A DNA stretch of 64,000 bases from Mobula hypostoma (Eukaryota), in NCBI RefSeq assembly GCF_963921235.1, contig NC_086097.1:5518001-5582000 (forward strand). Reading direction: 5' to 3'. The first letter of the stretch is position 1; the number at the start of each line of letters is the position of its first letter. Shown one piece after another: positions 37,480 to 50,602 of this stretch. The notes beneath the pieces were generated by a model that made no database searches, was not told the DNA's origin, and was given only the letters and a program-made list of their open reading frames with translations. A program made the translations under genes and the position numbers.

Positions 37480-39925
37480 AGGCCAGGTGGATTAAGATTC
37501 CTAGCAAGGAGACATTGATGATAGGACAAAATTACAATCAACAGGATGAGCTGCAATGTACAAGACAGACAAAATAGAAAAGTGTTATATTTGAATGAGC
37601 TTAGTTTACAGAAAAAGTTATATAAACTTGCAGCCCAATTACAGATTGGCATAAATTATGTTGTAGGCATCACTGAATCATTGCTGAAAGAAGATTATAG
37701 CCAGGAGCTTAATGTCCAAGGATATATATTGTACCAAAAGGACAGGCAGGAAAACAGAGTGGGTGCTATGGCACTGTTGGTAAAAAATGATATTAAGTCA
37801 TTAGAAAGGGGTGACATAGGGTTGGAAAGTGTTGAATTGTTGTGGATAAAGTTAAGGAACTGCAAGGGTAAAATGACTCTGATGGGAGTTGAATACAGAT
37901 CCTAAAACGTAGTAAAGATGTGGTCTAGAAGTTATCATGGGAAATAGGAAGTGCATGCCAAAGGGTTATGTTAGAGGGAATTCAATATGCAGATTGGGAA
38001 GCTTTTTAAATACCAACTGAAAGCAACAAAAAAGGATATTAAGAAGGTAAAGATGGATTACAAAGGTAAGCTAGACCATAATATTAAAGAGGATACCAAA
38101 AGTTTCTTCAGATACATAAAGTATGCAAGAGAGGTGAGAGTGGATATTGGACTGCTGGAAAATAATACTGAAGAGGTAGTAATGGGGGGACAAAGAAATG
38201 GCAGATGAACTGAATAAGCATTTTGCACCAGTCTTCTCTGTGGAAGACATTAGCAGTATGTTGGAAGTTCCAGGTGTCAAGTGTCATGACGTGTTTGAAG
38301 TTACCATTGCTAGGGAGAAGGTTGATAGGAAACTGAAAGGTCTGAAGGTAGATAAGTCATCCAAACATGATGGTGTAAACACCAGGGTGCTGAAATATGT
38401 GGCTGAAGAGATTGTGGATGATCTTTCAAGAATCCCTAGATTCTGGAATGGTTCTGGAAGACTGGAAAATAGCAAGTGAAAACTCACTCTTCAAGAAGGG
38501 AGAGAGGCAGAAGAAAGGAGACTGTAGGCCAGTTAGTCTGACCTCAGTTGTTGGGAAGATGTTGGATTTGTTTGTTGAGGGTGTGGTTTCAAGGTACTTG
38601 GAGGGTCATGATAAAATAGGTCATAATCAGCTTAGTTTCCTCAAGGGAAAATCTTGCCTGACAGATGTGTTAGAACTCTTTGAAAAAATAACAAGCAGGA
38701 TAGACAAAGGAGAATCGATTGACATTGTGTACTTGGATTTTCAGAAGGCTTTTGACAAGGTGCCACACATGAGACTGCTTAACAAGCTACAAACCCGTGG
38801 TATAACAGGAAAGACTCTAGCATGGATAAAGCAGTGGCTGATTGTCAGGAGGCAAAGAGTGGGAATAAAGGGAACCTTTTCTGGTTGGCTGCCTGTGACA
38901 AGTGGTATTGTATGGGGGTCTGTGATGGGACTGTTTTTTTAATGTTATATGTCAATGATTTGGATGATGGAATTGATGGCATTGTTGCAAAGTTTGCAGA
39001 TGATACAAAGATGGTTGGAGGGGTAGGTAGTTTTGAGAAAGTAGAGAGGCTTCAGAAGGACTTAGACAGATTAGAAGAAGGGGCAAGGAAATGGCAGATG
39101 AAATACAGTGTCAGGAGGTTTATGGTCATGCAGTTTGACAGAAGAAATGTAAGGGTTGTTTACTTTCTAATGGAGCGAAAATACAAAATACTGAGCCGCA
39201 GAAGGATTTGGGAGTCCTTGTGCAGGATTCCCCAAAGGTTAATTTGCAGGGTGAATAGCGGTGAGGAAGGTATGTGCAATATTAGCGTTTGTTCCAAGAG
39301 GACTAGAATGTAAAAGCAAGGATGTAATGTTGAGACTTTATAAGACACTGTTGAGGTCTCACTTGGAGTATTATGAGCAGGTTTGGGCCACTTATCTTAG
39401 AAAGGATATGCTGAAACTGGAGTGGGTACAAAGGAGGTTCATGAAAATGATTCCAGGATTAAACAGCCCGCCATATGAAGAGCATTTGATGGCTCTGGGC
39501 CTGTACTTACTAAAATTTAGAAGAATGAGGGGTGACCTTATTGAAACCTATCAAATAGTGAAAGGCCTTGATAGAGTGGATGTGGAGAGGATGTTTCCTA
39601 TGGTGGTAGTGTCTAAGACCAGGGGACACAACCTCATGTAGGGGGACGTCTTTTAGATTACAGATGAGGAGGAATTTCTTTAGCCAGATAGTAGTGAATT
39701 TGTGGAATTCATTGCCACAGGCAGCTGTGGAGACTAAGTATTTATTTATGTTTAAGGCGGAGGTTGATAGATTCATGATTGGTCAGGGCATGAAGGGATA
39801 TGGGAAGAAGGCAGAATATTGGGTATGAATAGAAAAATGGATCAGCCATGATGAAATGGTGGAGCAGACTTGATGGGCCAAATGGCCTAATTCTGCTCCT
39901 ATATCTTATGGTCTTATGGTCTTAT
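37480..39925 (+). mobile_element. CR1 LINE, decayed ORF2 (endonuclease part, internal deletion, RT) and 3' tail
   Basis: VGITES, RPVSLTSVVGK, YLDFQKAFDKVPH and KFADDTK motifs; (TCTTATGG)n tail. Confidence 0.92.
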
Positions 39926-41620
39926 ATTGGATTCTTTCAGTTCTTTCATTTAAAGTGTGATGGCCCATTCTTTCTTGTTGCCAATTGCAGGCTGGGGGTT
40001 TGAGGTTTGATGTTCTTATTACTGTTTCTCTGTGCGGGTGACCTGTTAGTTCTTGTGCGAGGGAGGGATGAGGGGGATTGGGGTTTGCGAGATTTTGTTT
40101 CTTTTTTATTTCATGTGGGGGAGGTAGATTGATGTCTTTCTTTGAACTAGGGTCAGCGTCGGACACGATGATGGACTCTCCACTTCTCCCTCTCCCTCAT
40201 CAGTGTGTTCAGTTCATCTACCTTAGCCGCGCTGTCGACTCCTAAAGTCCTCCCAAGACTATAGGAGCATGTTGAGTATAGTCTTGGGAGGACACCCAGG
40301 GTTCACCCTCCTGTGCTTGGGCTCCCATATGATGACTAGGCTGGCGGGTAGCTCAGGGTGGCGTAGACAGTGCCTGCTAGTTGCAGTCTTCTCGCCTCAA
40401 TTTTAGTGGTGAGCATCGGTAGGTCGTCATAGAGCTCAACGTTCATCATGTGCTGTTGCCAACTCACGTCAAGAGCCATCCGGAGCATTCGTGTATAGCA
40501 ACCATCTAGAGACTTTCACATCATGTTGGTGAGTGTCCACGTCTCGCATCCGTACGTGAGAATGGACTGTATGACTGCATGAAAATCCTCTTTTTAAGCC
40601 CTCTGGTCAGGTTTGACTTCCAGATTCCCTCCATGTCGTTCATGACGCCATAGTAGTAGTACAAGTTTGAACTACTTCTATGGTTTTTCTGTATTTTACG
40701 GCTATCTGTAGAAGACACCTTTCAGAGTTGTGTTCTGCTTACATACTTTGATAATAAAATGAACCTTTGAACTTCATTAAAGAATTCCAATAGATTTGTC
40801 AGACAAGATCTTCCCTTAGGCAACATCAGCGAAATCACTTTTAAATATTGAAATTTCTTTCACTAATACTGTAAATCCTTATCATAATTTTAATTTTGGA
40901 GTCCAGATTTAATTACTTACATACTGCTTGTTATGCCGCTGGTGTTCAGGGCTTCTTTCACCAGTAGGATCCTCTCAATTTTCAGTTCTATCAGTCATGC
41001 AAGTCCCAGATGGGGATTCAGGAATACTGTCACGCTCAGATGTAGAAGGATTCTTCATTGCTGTTTTACTAGTCAGGGTTGCAGCAGCACAGAGATTCCA
41101 CCGAGATGCAGCACAGAGCGTCATAGGAAGTCATTCCTGCCTGTGGCCATCAAACTTTACAACTCCTCCCTTGGAGGGTCAGACACCCTGAGCCGATAGG
41201 CTGGTCCTGGATTTATTTCATAATTTACTGGCATAATTTACATATTACTATCTAACTATTTATGGTTCTGTTACTATTTATTATTTATGGGCAACTGTAA
41301 CGAAAACCAATTTCCCCCGGGATCAATGAAGTATGACTATGACTATGACTACGATTGATGAAAGTGTTCTTACAGAAATGAAAGTGGTACTCCTGGAATT
41401 TGGAGGGGTGAATTCCTGAACAGAAATATGTAGTGCTTTGTTCCTGCAGCACCCAACCCAGGTATTCAAAGACATTTAAACACTGCTTGAATTGACATAT
41501 GCATACAAGTGGCTGCTTTATTAGTATACCTGCTCATTAATGCAAATATCTAATCAGCCAATGATTTGCATACAGACATGGTCAAGAGATACAGTTGCTT
41601 AATCCAAACATCAGATTGGG

Positions 41621-41806
41621 CACGACCCTTCATCAGCACTGAAAGGAAAGAGGAAAATTCCTCTTTCTTTCCCGTCCTGTTAAGGGTCTCAGGCCAAAAC
41701 ATCAACTGATTTTTTTTCCACAGATGCTGCCTGGTCTGCTGAATTCCTCCAGCATTTTCTTTGTGTTGCTCCGAACTTCCAGCATCTGCAGATTCCCTCA
41801 TGTTTG
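41621..41806. mobile_element. Old fold-back Penelope mini-insertion inside a Tc1-like MITE
   Basis: GACCCTT..GAAAGAGGAA / TTCCTCTTTC..AAGGGTC hairpin followed by the CAGATGCTG...CCAGCATCTGCAG tail. Confidence 0.6.
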
Positions 41807-43964
41807 GGAATGGGGAAGAAATATGATCTAAGTGACTTTGACTGTGGGATGATCTCCTGGGATTTTCACACACGCAGTCTCTGGATATTGCAGAGGAAGG
41901 TTTGAGAAACAAAAAGCATCCAATGAGCAGCAGTTCTGTGGGCAAGAACGCCTCATTAATGAGAGAGGTCAGAGGAGAATGGAGAAACTGTTTCAAGCTG
42001 ACATGAAGGTGACAGCAACTCAAATAATCATCAGCAGTAAGCTGAAAGCATCTCTGAATGAACAACACATTGAACCTTGAAGTGGATGGGCTACAGCAGC
42101 AGAAAACCATGAATATACATTCTTTGGCCACTTTATTAGGTACAGGAGCTTCCCAATTAAGTGGTTGCTGAGTGTGTAATGTTTAATCAATAGTTTTTTT
42201 TTAATTAAAAAAAATTGTAATGATTAAAAGCATTGAAGTAAATTAAAATAATTAATATCTTTACTTACTCTTCCCTTTACCTCTTAATCCCAGGTTTGGA
42301 ATTGCCTCCCAGTGTTTGTAACTATCATTGCCCTTCTCTCTCACTGCCTAGATCTATCTGGCAATCAAACTCTCCTTTCCCATATCCACCTATCACTTGT
42401 CAGTTCTTGCTTCAACCCTCCACCTCACATCCTTTTGCAGGCATTCTCCTCTCTACTCCCTCAGGATAAAGCCTCAGGATGTTTTACTTCCTCAGGAGGA
42501 GAAAGAAATTTTACATGCCCACTCTGACTCTAACCTATTTTAATCTCGATGCACTATGGAAAGCATCCTGCCAAGGTGATCACGGCTTGGTATGATAATT
42601 GCTCTTCTATTGAAATCCGCATGGAGTCCAGCAACAGATGCAGCTCCATCTGCCTCTCAGATACCCTCGAACGTGTGTGTCCGTTCACGCTTGCACAGCT
42701 GCTTGGGACTCTGCAAAACTTCAGCAGGCATCGTGATCAGAAGAACTAACTTCAGCCAACAAACCTGGCAAATAATCATTCCCAGCTATAATTACTGCAG
42801 TCTGGCAGGCGTTGTCCACTTAATAAAACCCCGATTTCCAGATTCTGGAGCAAGAAGAATCTGTCGATTGTTTACAGTAATAGATCCAGCAGGGGATGCT
42901 GCAGTGGTGTAGCGATTAGCAGAATGCTATTACAGGTCAGAGTTCAATCCCAGTACCCTCAGTAAGGAGTTTGTACCTCCTCCTGGAGGTGTGAATGGAT
43001 TTCCTCCAGGTACTCCTGCTTCCACACATAGTCCAAAGACGCAACGGTTGGCAGATTAATTGGTCATTATAAATTGACCTGTGATTAGGCTAGTGTTAAA
43101 TCGAGGGTTGTTGGTGATTGCTGAGGACTTTTTCTAGAAGGGCTGGAAGGACCTTTTCCATACTGTATTTCTAGACTAATTAATTAACAGCTAAATAGAT
43201 AAATAAATAAGGCTGATATATCCAACTTCTCTCATAATGAAACCAGGGAGCTGTTCAATTCACAATATTAGCCCTATAACAGAAAAGAAACATCAAGTAT
43301 TTCATTTTCACTAATTTCCTGGCAGATGAATTGAACCTAATCAGGGTCTCAATCTCTCTGTGAAAGTCTACCAGCCAGGCTCTTCAATCCTCCCTGCTGC
43401 CTTGTCCATTTTAAGCTTTGTCAGTCTGGTAATTAGTGATCCAGAGCTGCAGTGTATTTCCTGAGTGTCTTTACTAAATCAAATTAGAGTGTCCTTCTAA
43501 CCTCTCTCTCTGGCGGGAAGGGGTAAGATAATGAACTAATTTGGCTGTAAGAGATAATGAGGGATTATCCACTGAATGAGAAACAGAGGATTATGACTCT
43601 CTTTAGGAGACTTGTAAAGGTTATGCACCAGTGCAAGGATATATTCAAAGTGGATAAACTTTTCAGGCCTTCCTAATTGGATTACACCAAGGATCCATTC
43701 ATATAAAGAGTGGGGTATTTGCCAATGCTATAAAATGGAAAAAAATAAAAATAAGAAATCTGAAGCTAAGAAAAGTTAGCAGTGGTTGAAACTAGAGTAC
43801 AATATCACTGGAAGATAGTCATTAATAGACTGGATATGGAGAGGAGCCTCAGGACTTAAACTATCAGGTTCAAGAACAGTTACTACACCTCAGTCATCAG
43901 GCTCTTGAACCAAAGGGGATAACTTCACTCAACTTCACCTTGAACTTTGATGTTTATTATAGTG

Positions 43965-44270
43965 GTAAATCTAGGACCAGAGGGGACAACCTCAAAATGG
44001 AGGTACTTACACTTAAAACAGAGACGAGGAAGAATTACTTTGGTCAGAGAGTAGTGAATCTGTGGAATTCATTGCCACAGTTGGCTGTGAAGGCCAAGTC
44101 ATTAGGTATATTTAAAGCTCAGGGTTGATAGCTCTTGAGTTGTCAGGGTGTCAAAGATTACAGAGAAAAGGCTGGAGAATGAGGTTTGAGAGGGATAATG
44201 AATCAGCCATAATGGAATGGTGGAGCAGACTCGATGGGCTGAATGGCCTAATTCTGCTCCAATGTCTTAC
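43965..44270 (+). mobile_element. CR1 3' fragment (similar short tails at ~1080-1410, 14308-14477, 34595-34826, 56645-56954)
   Basis: YFGQRVVNLWNSLP motif and 3' UTR. Confidence 0.75.
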
Positions 44271-44869
44271 AGTCCGAGATAACCTATGTTGAACCAATTT
44301 CCTTTCTATCAGTTTGCTTCTGAATGTGATTACAAATCCAGGCAGCATAATAAGTGTGTAGCATTCAGTATGTATGCCTCTTATTTACAAATACTGTATA
44401 TACAGAAAGGTGCTGGAAAAGGGCCAGTAACATCATGACAGATCTCACCTGCCATCCTCATGGGCCGTTTGACCCTCTCCCATAAGGGAGGAGGCTACGT
44501 CGCATGCGTGCCAGGACCACCAGACTCAAAACAGTTACTTTCGCCAAGCAGTAAGTGTGACCAATACCTCCACACACAAACACAACACCACTAATTTATC
44601 ATTTCCTGTCAGATTCACATTATGTACAGATACTCCTGTGCCTAACAGCACTTTATGGACATACAGTTAATCTACGTATAGAAGCTATCTTATGTATTTA
44701 TATTTATCATGGTTTTTTCATTATAATTGTACTTTTTTTGCTGGATCAGATCTGGAGTAACAATTATTTCATTCTCCTTTACACTTGAAACTTGAATCAG
44801 ATTTACTTTGAACTTTGGAATTTGTTGTTTTGAAGAGCAGTACATAATTTAAAACACTATAAATTGCAA

Positions 44870-45131
44870 TGATGATGATGACGTTGACTCAGGCCTGAGA
44901 GGCCAGCATCGGGCATTTTCATGCCTTACAAGGTGCGGATCGGAAGGCTGTGTGGGGCGCCACTCCGCACACAGACATTACACGGTATTTTTCTTTGTCT
45001 TACGAAGTCGAGTTGCCAGGTCAACAGTCAACCCGGCACAGATGGAAAGCGTATTCGTGAGCAGCCCGACTGGATTCGAACCCGGGAACCTCCATTCCGG
45101 AGTCCGGCGCTGGTGTCACTGCGCCACCAGC
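44870..45131 (-). mobile_element. tRNA-derived SINE with (CAT)n tail
   Basis: A box TGGCGCAGTG and B box GGTTCGAATCC on the minus strand, followed by ~190 bp of non-tRNA body. Confidence 0.75.
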
Positions 45132-45199
45132 AATTACAGTAAGAAATATATATAAATTAAAATTAAATATGTAGTGCAAAAGGAGAGCAAACAAAAGTG

Positions 45200-46170
45200 A
45201 GGTAATGTACTTGGATTAATTGTCTATTCAGAGATCTGGTGGTAGAAGGGAAGAAGCTGTTCCTATAACATCGAGTGTGTGTCTTCAGGCTCCTGTACCT
45301 CCTCCCTGATGGTAGCAATGAGAAAGGGCATGTCCTGGGTGATGGGGGTCCTTAATGATCGATGCCGCCTTTTTGAGGTATTGCTTTTTGAAGGTGTCTC
45401 TGATGCTGGGGAGGCTAGTGTCCATCATGGAGCCCGCTGAGTTAGAACTTTCTGCAGCTTTTTCCAATCCTGTGCGGTGGTTCCTCCATACCAGATGTGA
45501 TGTAACCAGTTAGAATGCTTTCCATGGAACATCTGTAGAAATTCGCTAGAGTCCTTGGTGACAGTAAATCTCCTCAAATACCTAATGAAGTATACCCACT
45601 GTTGTGCGTTCTTGGTAATTGCATTAATACGTTGGGACTAGGATAGATCTTCAGAGATGTTGACATTCAGGAACCCAGGAGTTCCTCCAGGATTTTATGT
45701 GTGTTGTACTTGAAATTACTTAACCTTTCCACAGCTGATTCCTCGACAAGGACTGGCGTGTTTTCTCTGACTTCACCTTCCTTGAAAGCTTGTTGCTGCA
45801 GCACCATTTAACAAGCTGATCGATCTCGCTTATGTACACCTCCTCTTCACCGTCTGAATTCTGCCCACAAGAGTTGTATCTTCAGCAAATTTAGAGTTGG
45901 CATTTGAGCTGTACCTAGCCACATGGTCATGGCTGTAGAGAGAGTGGAGTAGAGTAGTGGGCTAAGCACACATCCTTGTGGTGTGCCAGTGCTGATTATC
46001 GGTGCGGAGGAGATGTTATTTCTAAACTACGCTGACTGTGTGGCCTTCTATTGAGGAAGTCAAAGGTCCAGTTGCAAAGGGAGGTACAAAGACCCAGGTT
46101 TTGGAGTTTGTTGATCATACTGAGGGTATGATTGTGTTAAATGCCGAGGTGTAATCAATAAATAGCAGCC
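45200..46170 (-). mobile_element. Rex1/Babar-like LINE remnant (others at ~12440-12890, 13410-13607/16877-17210, 18950-19290, 33950-34330, 44400-44800, 51680-52150, 54590-54750)
   Basis: KAASIIKDPHHPGHAL.. motif and shared 3' UTRs. Confidence 0.7.
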
Positions 46171-46177
46171 TCATGTA

Positions 46178-46575
46178 TTATACTGTGCAAAAGTCTTCAG
46201 CACATGCAAAAAAATCTGCATAGCAAAGATGCTTTCAAAAATAAGGAAATTAGAAGTTTCTAAAGATCAAAAAAACTAAAATAAAGACAGTAAACAGTAA
46301 AAAACTGAATCAAATCAATGTTTGGTGTGACTACCCTTTGCATTTAAAATGGCATCAATTCTCTTAGGTACACTGTCATGCAGTTTCATACAAAAAACAG
46401 CTGGTAGGTTGTTCCAAGCATCTTGCAGAATTTGTTAGAGTTCTTCTGCAGACTTGCTGTCTCGTTTGCTTCTGTCTCTCCAGGTTATCCCAGACAGCCT
46501 CAATGATATTGAGCTCAATGCTCTGTGGAGGCCGTACCTTCTGAAAAGAGATTAAAAATCTTTTGTACAGTACTG
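46178..46575. mobile_element. Tc1-like non-autonomous element
   Basis: TACTGTGCAAAAG / CTTTTGTACAGTACTG termini with TA flanks. Confidence 0.65.
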
Positions 46576-46674
46576 TAGGTATTGCTGTTGTGCAGGTAAT
46601 CCAGTTTGCTCTCCACTTCTAATGTTTTAAGCATCAATTTCCATTTGCCATTCACCTTGCCCATTCAAATAACT

Positions 46675-47325
46675 TAGAACCATAGAAAAACTACAGCACA
46701 ATACAGGCCCTTCAGCCCACAATGCTGTGTCAAACATGTACTTACTTTAGAAATTTCCTGTGGTTGACCATAGCCCTCTATTTTTCTGAGCTCTATTCAC
46801 CTATCCAGGAGTCTCTTAAAAGACCCTATTGTATCTGCCTCCACTACCGTTGCCAGCAGCCCATTCTACGCCCTCACCACTCTCTGTGTAAAAAAAAAAC
46901 AACTTTACTCCTGGCATCTCATCTGTACCTGCACCATGCACCTTAAAACTGTGCCCTCTTGTGCTAGCCATTTCAGCCCTGGGAAAAAGCCTCTGACTAT
47001 CCACACTATCAATGCCTCTCATCATCTTATACACCTCTATCAGGTCACCTCTCATCCTCCATCGCTCCAAGGAGAAAAGGCCGAGTTCACTCAACCTATT
47101 CTCATAAGGCATGCTCCCCAATCCAGGCATCTTCCCTGTATATCTCCTCTGCACCCTTTCTATGGTTTCCACATCCTTCCTGTAGTGAGGTGACCAGAAC
47201 TGAGCACAGTACTCCAAGTGGGCTCTGACCAGGGTCCTATCCAAGTCTCTGAAGAAATCCTATTGTATCCGCCTCCACCACTATTGCCGGCTGCCCATTC
47301 CACACACTCATCACTCTCTGCGTAC
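46675..47325 (-). mobile_element. CR1 3' fragment with a partial internal duplication (~47255-47320)
   Basis: ORF 46816-47244: LVRAHLEYCAQFWSP...RGDLIEVYK. Confidence 0.85.
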
Positions 47326-48102
47326 TTGGAAAACTTGTCCAATGTTTGATTTTTAATCCATTGCCTCTCCTAGACTGGCATCTTTTGCTAACTAAAGCAA
47401 AGTGACTTGAGATAGAAAATATAAATAATTTATGTACATTAAATTTCAATCTTTGTGTTTCACAGGAAAATATTTTCTTGGCACTTTATCACCAGTATTA
47501 GATCTTGAGATCTTGAGACTCCACAGTTAATTCCAAGACAGTCAAAAGGTACACTCAGAGGAAGCATTTCTGAAGAAGTTACAGACTTTACAGTCTATTT
47601 TTCGGTCCACTGAATCAAAATTATTTAAAGTCAATATATTTTCAAAGCACCATGACAAGGAAATCAACCTTTTCCCTCAGTCAAGAATGGCTAATTTAAG
47701 GAAAGTGCCTTATAGGATATTTGCGCAAGACATGGGATATTCAGACAGATAATACATTTGTGTCAAAGCTGTCATTGTGCAAGCCAGGAAAAGCTACATG
47801 ACATGAAAGTGACCCTATCTAACTGTCAGCTGATCTACGGCGAGGAGCACACACCAAACGCCTGTGGTTAAAATAACGTGAAGCACTACAGAGAAACCAT
47901 TCAAAATGGCAACGAAAACAGATTCTTTACTCAGAACAACAGCTGTCATGATCTAATGGAAAGACATTGGATTCTTCAGTAAGCAATGAAAGAGAAAGAA
48001 AAGCAAACAACAGGAATTCTGCAGATGCTGGAAATTCAAGCAAGATACATCAAAGTTGCTGGTGAACGCAGCAGGCCAAGCAGCATCTATAGGAAGAGGC
48101 GC

Positions 48103-48138
48103 AGTCGACGTTTCAGGCCGAGACCCTTCGTCAGGACT
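48103..48138 (-). ncRNA. Minimal hammerhead ribozyme
   Basis: Same intact motif. Confidence 0.8.
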
Positions 48139-49667
48139 AACTGAAGGAAGAGTGAGTAAGGGATTTGAAAGTTGGAGGGGGAGGGAGGAGATGCAAAATG
48201 ATAGGAGAAGACAGGAGGGGGAGGGATGGAGCCAAGAGCTGGACAGGTGATAGGCAAAAGGGGATACGAGAGGATCATGGGACAGGAAGTCCAGGAAGAA
48301 AGACAAGGAGGGCGGGGGGTGACCCAGAGGATGGGCAAGAGGTATATTCAGAGGGACAGAGGGAGAAAAAGGAGAGTGAGAGAAAGAATGTGTGCATAAA
48401 AATGAGTAACAGATGGGGTACGAGGGAGAGGTGGGGCCTTAGCGGAAGTTAGAGAAGTCGATGTTCATGCCATCAGGTTGGAGGCTACCCAGACAGAATA
48501 TAAGGTGTTGTTCCTCCAACCTGAGTGTGGCTTCATCTTTACAGTAGAGGAGACCGTGGATAGACATGTCAGAATGGGAATAGGATGTGCAATTAAAATG
48601 TGTGGTCACTGGGAGATCCTGCTTTCTCTGGCGGACAGAGCGTAGATGTACAGCAAAGCGGTCTCCCAGTCTGCGTCGGGTCTCACCAATATATAAAAGG
48701 CCACATCGGGAGCACCGGACGCAGTATATCACCCCAGTCGACTCACAGGTGAAGTGATGCCTCACCTGGAAGGACTGTTTGGGGCCCTGAATGGTGGTAA
48801 GGGAGGAAGTGTAAGGGCATGTGTAGCACTTGTTCCGCTTACGCGGATAAGTGCCAGGAGGGAGATCAGTGGGGAGGGATGGGGGGGACGAATGGACGAG
48901 GGAGTCGCGTAGGGAGCGATCCCTGCGGAATGCGGGGGTGGGGGAGGAAAAGATGTGCTTAGTGGTGGGATCCCGTTGGAGGTGGCAGAAGTTACGGAGA
49001 ATAATATGTTGGACCCGGAGGCTGGTGGGGTGGTAGGTGAGGATCAGGGGAACCCTATTCCTAGTGGGGTGGCGGAAGGATGGAGTGAGAGCAGATGTAC
49101 GTGAAATGGGGGAGATGCGTTTAAGAGCAGAGTTGATAGTGGAGGAAGGGAAACTGTATGGTATCTGTCCCCCACTTTTCCTTCGCTACATCTCCCAGTG
49201 GCCACACATTTTAATTCCACATCCCATTCCCATTCTGACATGTCTATCCACGGCCTCCTCTACTGTAAAGATGAAGCCACACTCAGGTTGGAGGAACAAC
49301 ACCTTATATTCCGTCTGGGTAGCCTCCAACCTGATGGCATGAACATCGACTTCTCTAACTTCCGCTAGGCCCCACCTGCCCCTCGTACCCCATCTGTTAC
49401 TCATTTTTATGCACACATTCTTTCTCTCACTCTCCTTTTTCTCCCTCTGTCCCTCTGAATATACCTCTTGCTCATCCTCTGGGTCACCCCCCCCCCCACG
49501 TTGTCTTTCTTCCCGGACCTCCTGTCCCATGATCCTCTCGTATCCCCTTTTGCCTATCACCTGTCCAGCTCTCAGCTCTATCCCTCCCCCTCCTGTCTTC
49601 TCCTATCATTTTGCATCTCCCCCTCCCCCTCCAGCTTTCAAATCCCTTACTCACTCTTCCTTCAGTT

Positions 49668-49703
49668 AGTCCTGACGAAGGGTTTCGGCCTGAAACGTCG
49701 ACT
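49668..49703 (+). ncRNA. Minimal hammerhead ribozyme
   Basis: AGTC-CTGACGA-AGGGTTTCGGCCT-GAAA-CGTC-GACT. Confidence 0.8.
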
Positions 49704-50479
49704 GTACCTCTTCCTACAGATGCTGCTTGGCCTGCTGCGTTCACCAGCAACTTTGATGTATGTTGCGAGAAAGAAAAGCATGTTATTTATGGAAGATACA
49801 GTATACCATCCTGTCATGTCACTTTATGACAACTGCTATGTGTTTATGTCGGATTTACAGAAAAATGAATATTTTGCCAACAAATTTAGCCCAATTATAT
49901 TTTCTCCTCTGTAACTGAGTTGCTGAATGAAGTAGTTTTCCTCTTGGTCTACTGTGTTAAACATTATGCAAAAAATGCTTTCTCCCATAGCACTGAGCAT
50001 ATACATGCAGTATACACAGACAGAACTAATAATCATCTTCTTCTTCATGTGCCTTGCACGTTACACACTTGGGCGATCATGGCTCTCCACATCGAACGAT
50101 CCCATGCAGCGTCAATGATATCTCGCACACTTGGGTCTCTCAGTTCTTTCACAGTGTCCATATATTTTCTTCTTTGCCTTCCTCTTCTGCGTTTCCCAGG
50201 CATATGGCCTTGTAATGGAAGGCATTCTATTTCTCCCTTTCTGATGACATGGCCCCAGGAATTTAAGTTTCCTCTCATTTAATGTTCTCATTAAAGATCT
50301 TTTTGTATGGGCATGTTATGGTACTGTCTCATTAGCTACCCTATCTCTATATGATATTTTCAGCATTCTTCTAAGAAACCACATTTCTATGGCTTCTAAG
50401 TTTCTTTGGAGTTCTGAGCTAATAATAGGCCACTGAATAAAAGGATGAAACATCAATCAACTAGTTACTAAGCCGCAGC

Positions 50480-50602
50480 CATGCACGCAAAGTGCTGGAG
50501 GAATTCGTGACTGATGAAGGTTCTCGACCTGAAACATTGACTGTTTATTCCTCTTCATAGTGGTTCCTGACCTGCTGAGTTCCTCCAGCATCTTGTGCAT
50601 GC
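50480..50602 (+). mobile_element. Old Penelope mini-insertion with hammerhead remnant and a short inverted arm
   Basis: CTGATGA...GAAACATT motif plus tail. Flanking repeat GTTACTAAGC at 50464 and 50604. Confidence 0.6.

Larger units (their letters stand above)
48006..49766. mobile_element. Penelope-like head-to-head inverted dimer: left arm 48006-49152 (-), right arm ~49159-49766 (+)
   Basis: GIY-YIG ORF 48439-48765. 14-bp TSD GAGAAAGAAAAGCA at 47992-48005 and 49767-49780. Confidence 0.93.

Noticed and set aside
45060..45131. tRNA gene
   Set aside because: A/B boxes are the head of a SINE that continues into a body and (CAT)n tail; no proper acceptor stem or terminator. The same applies to ~54480-54549.
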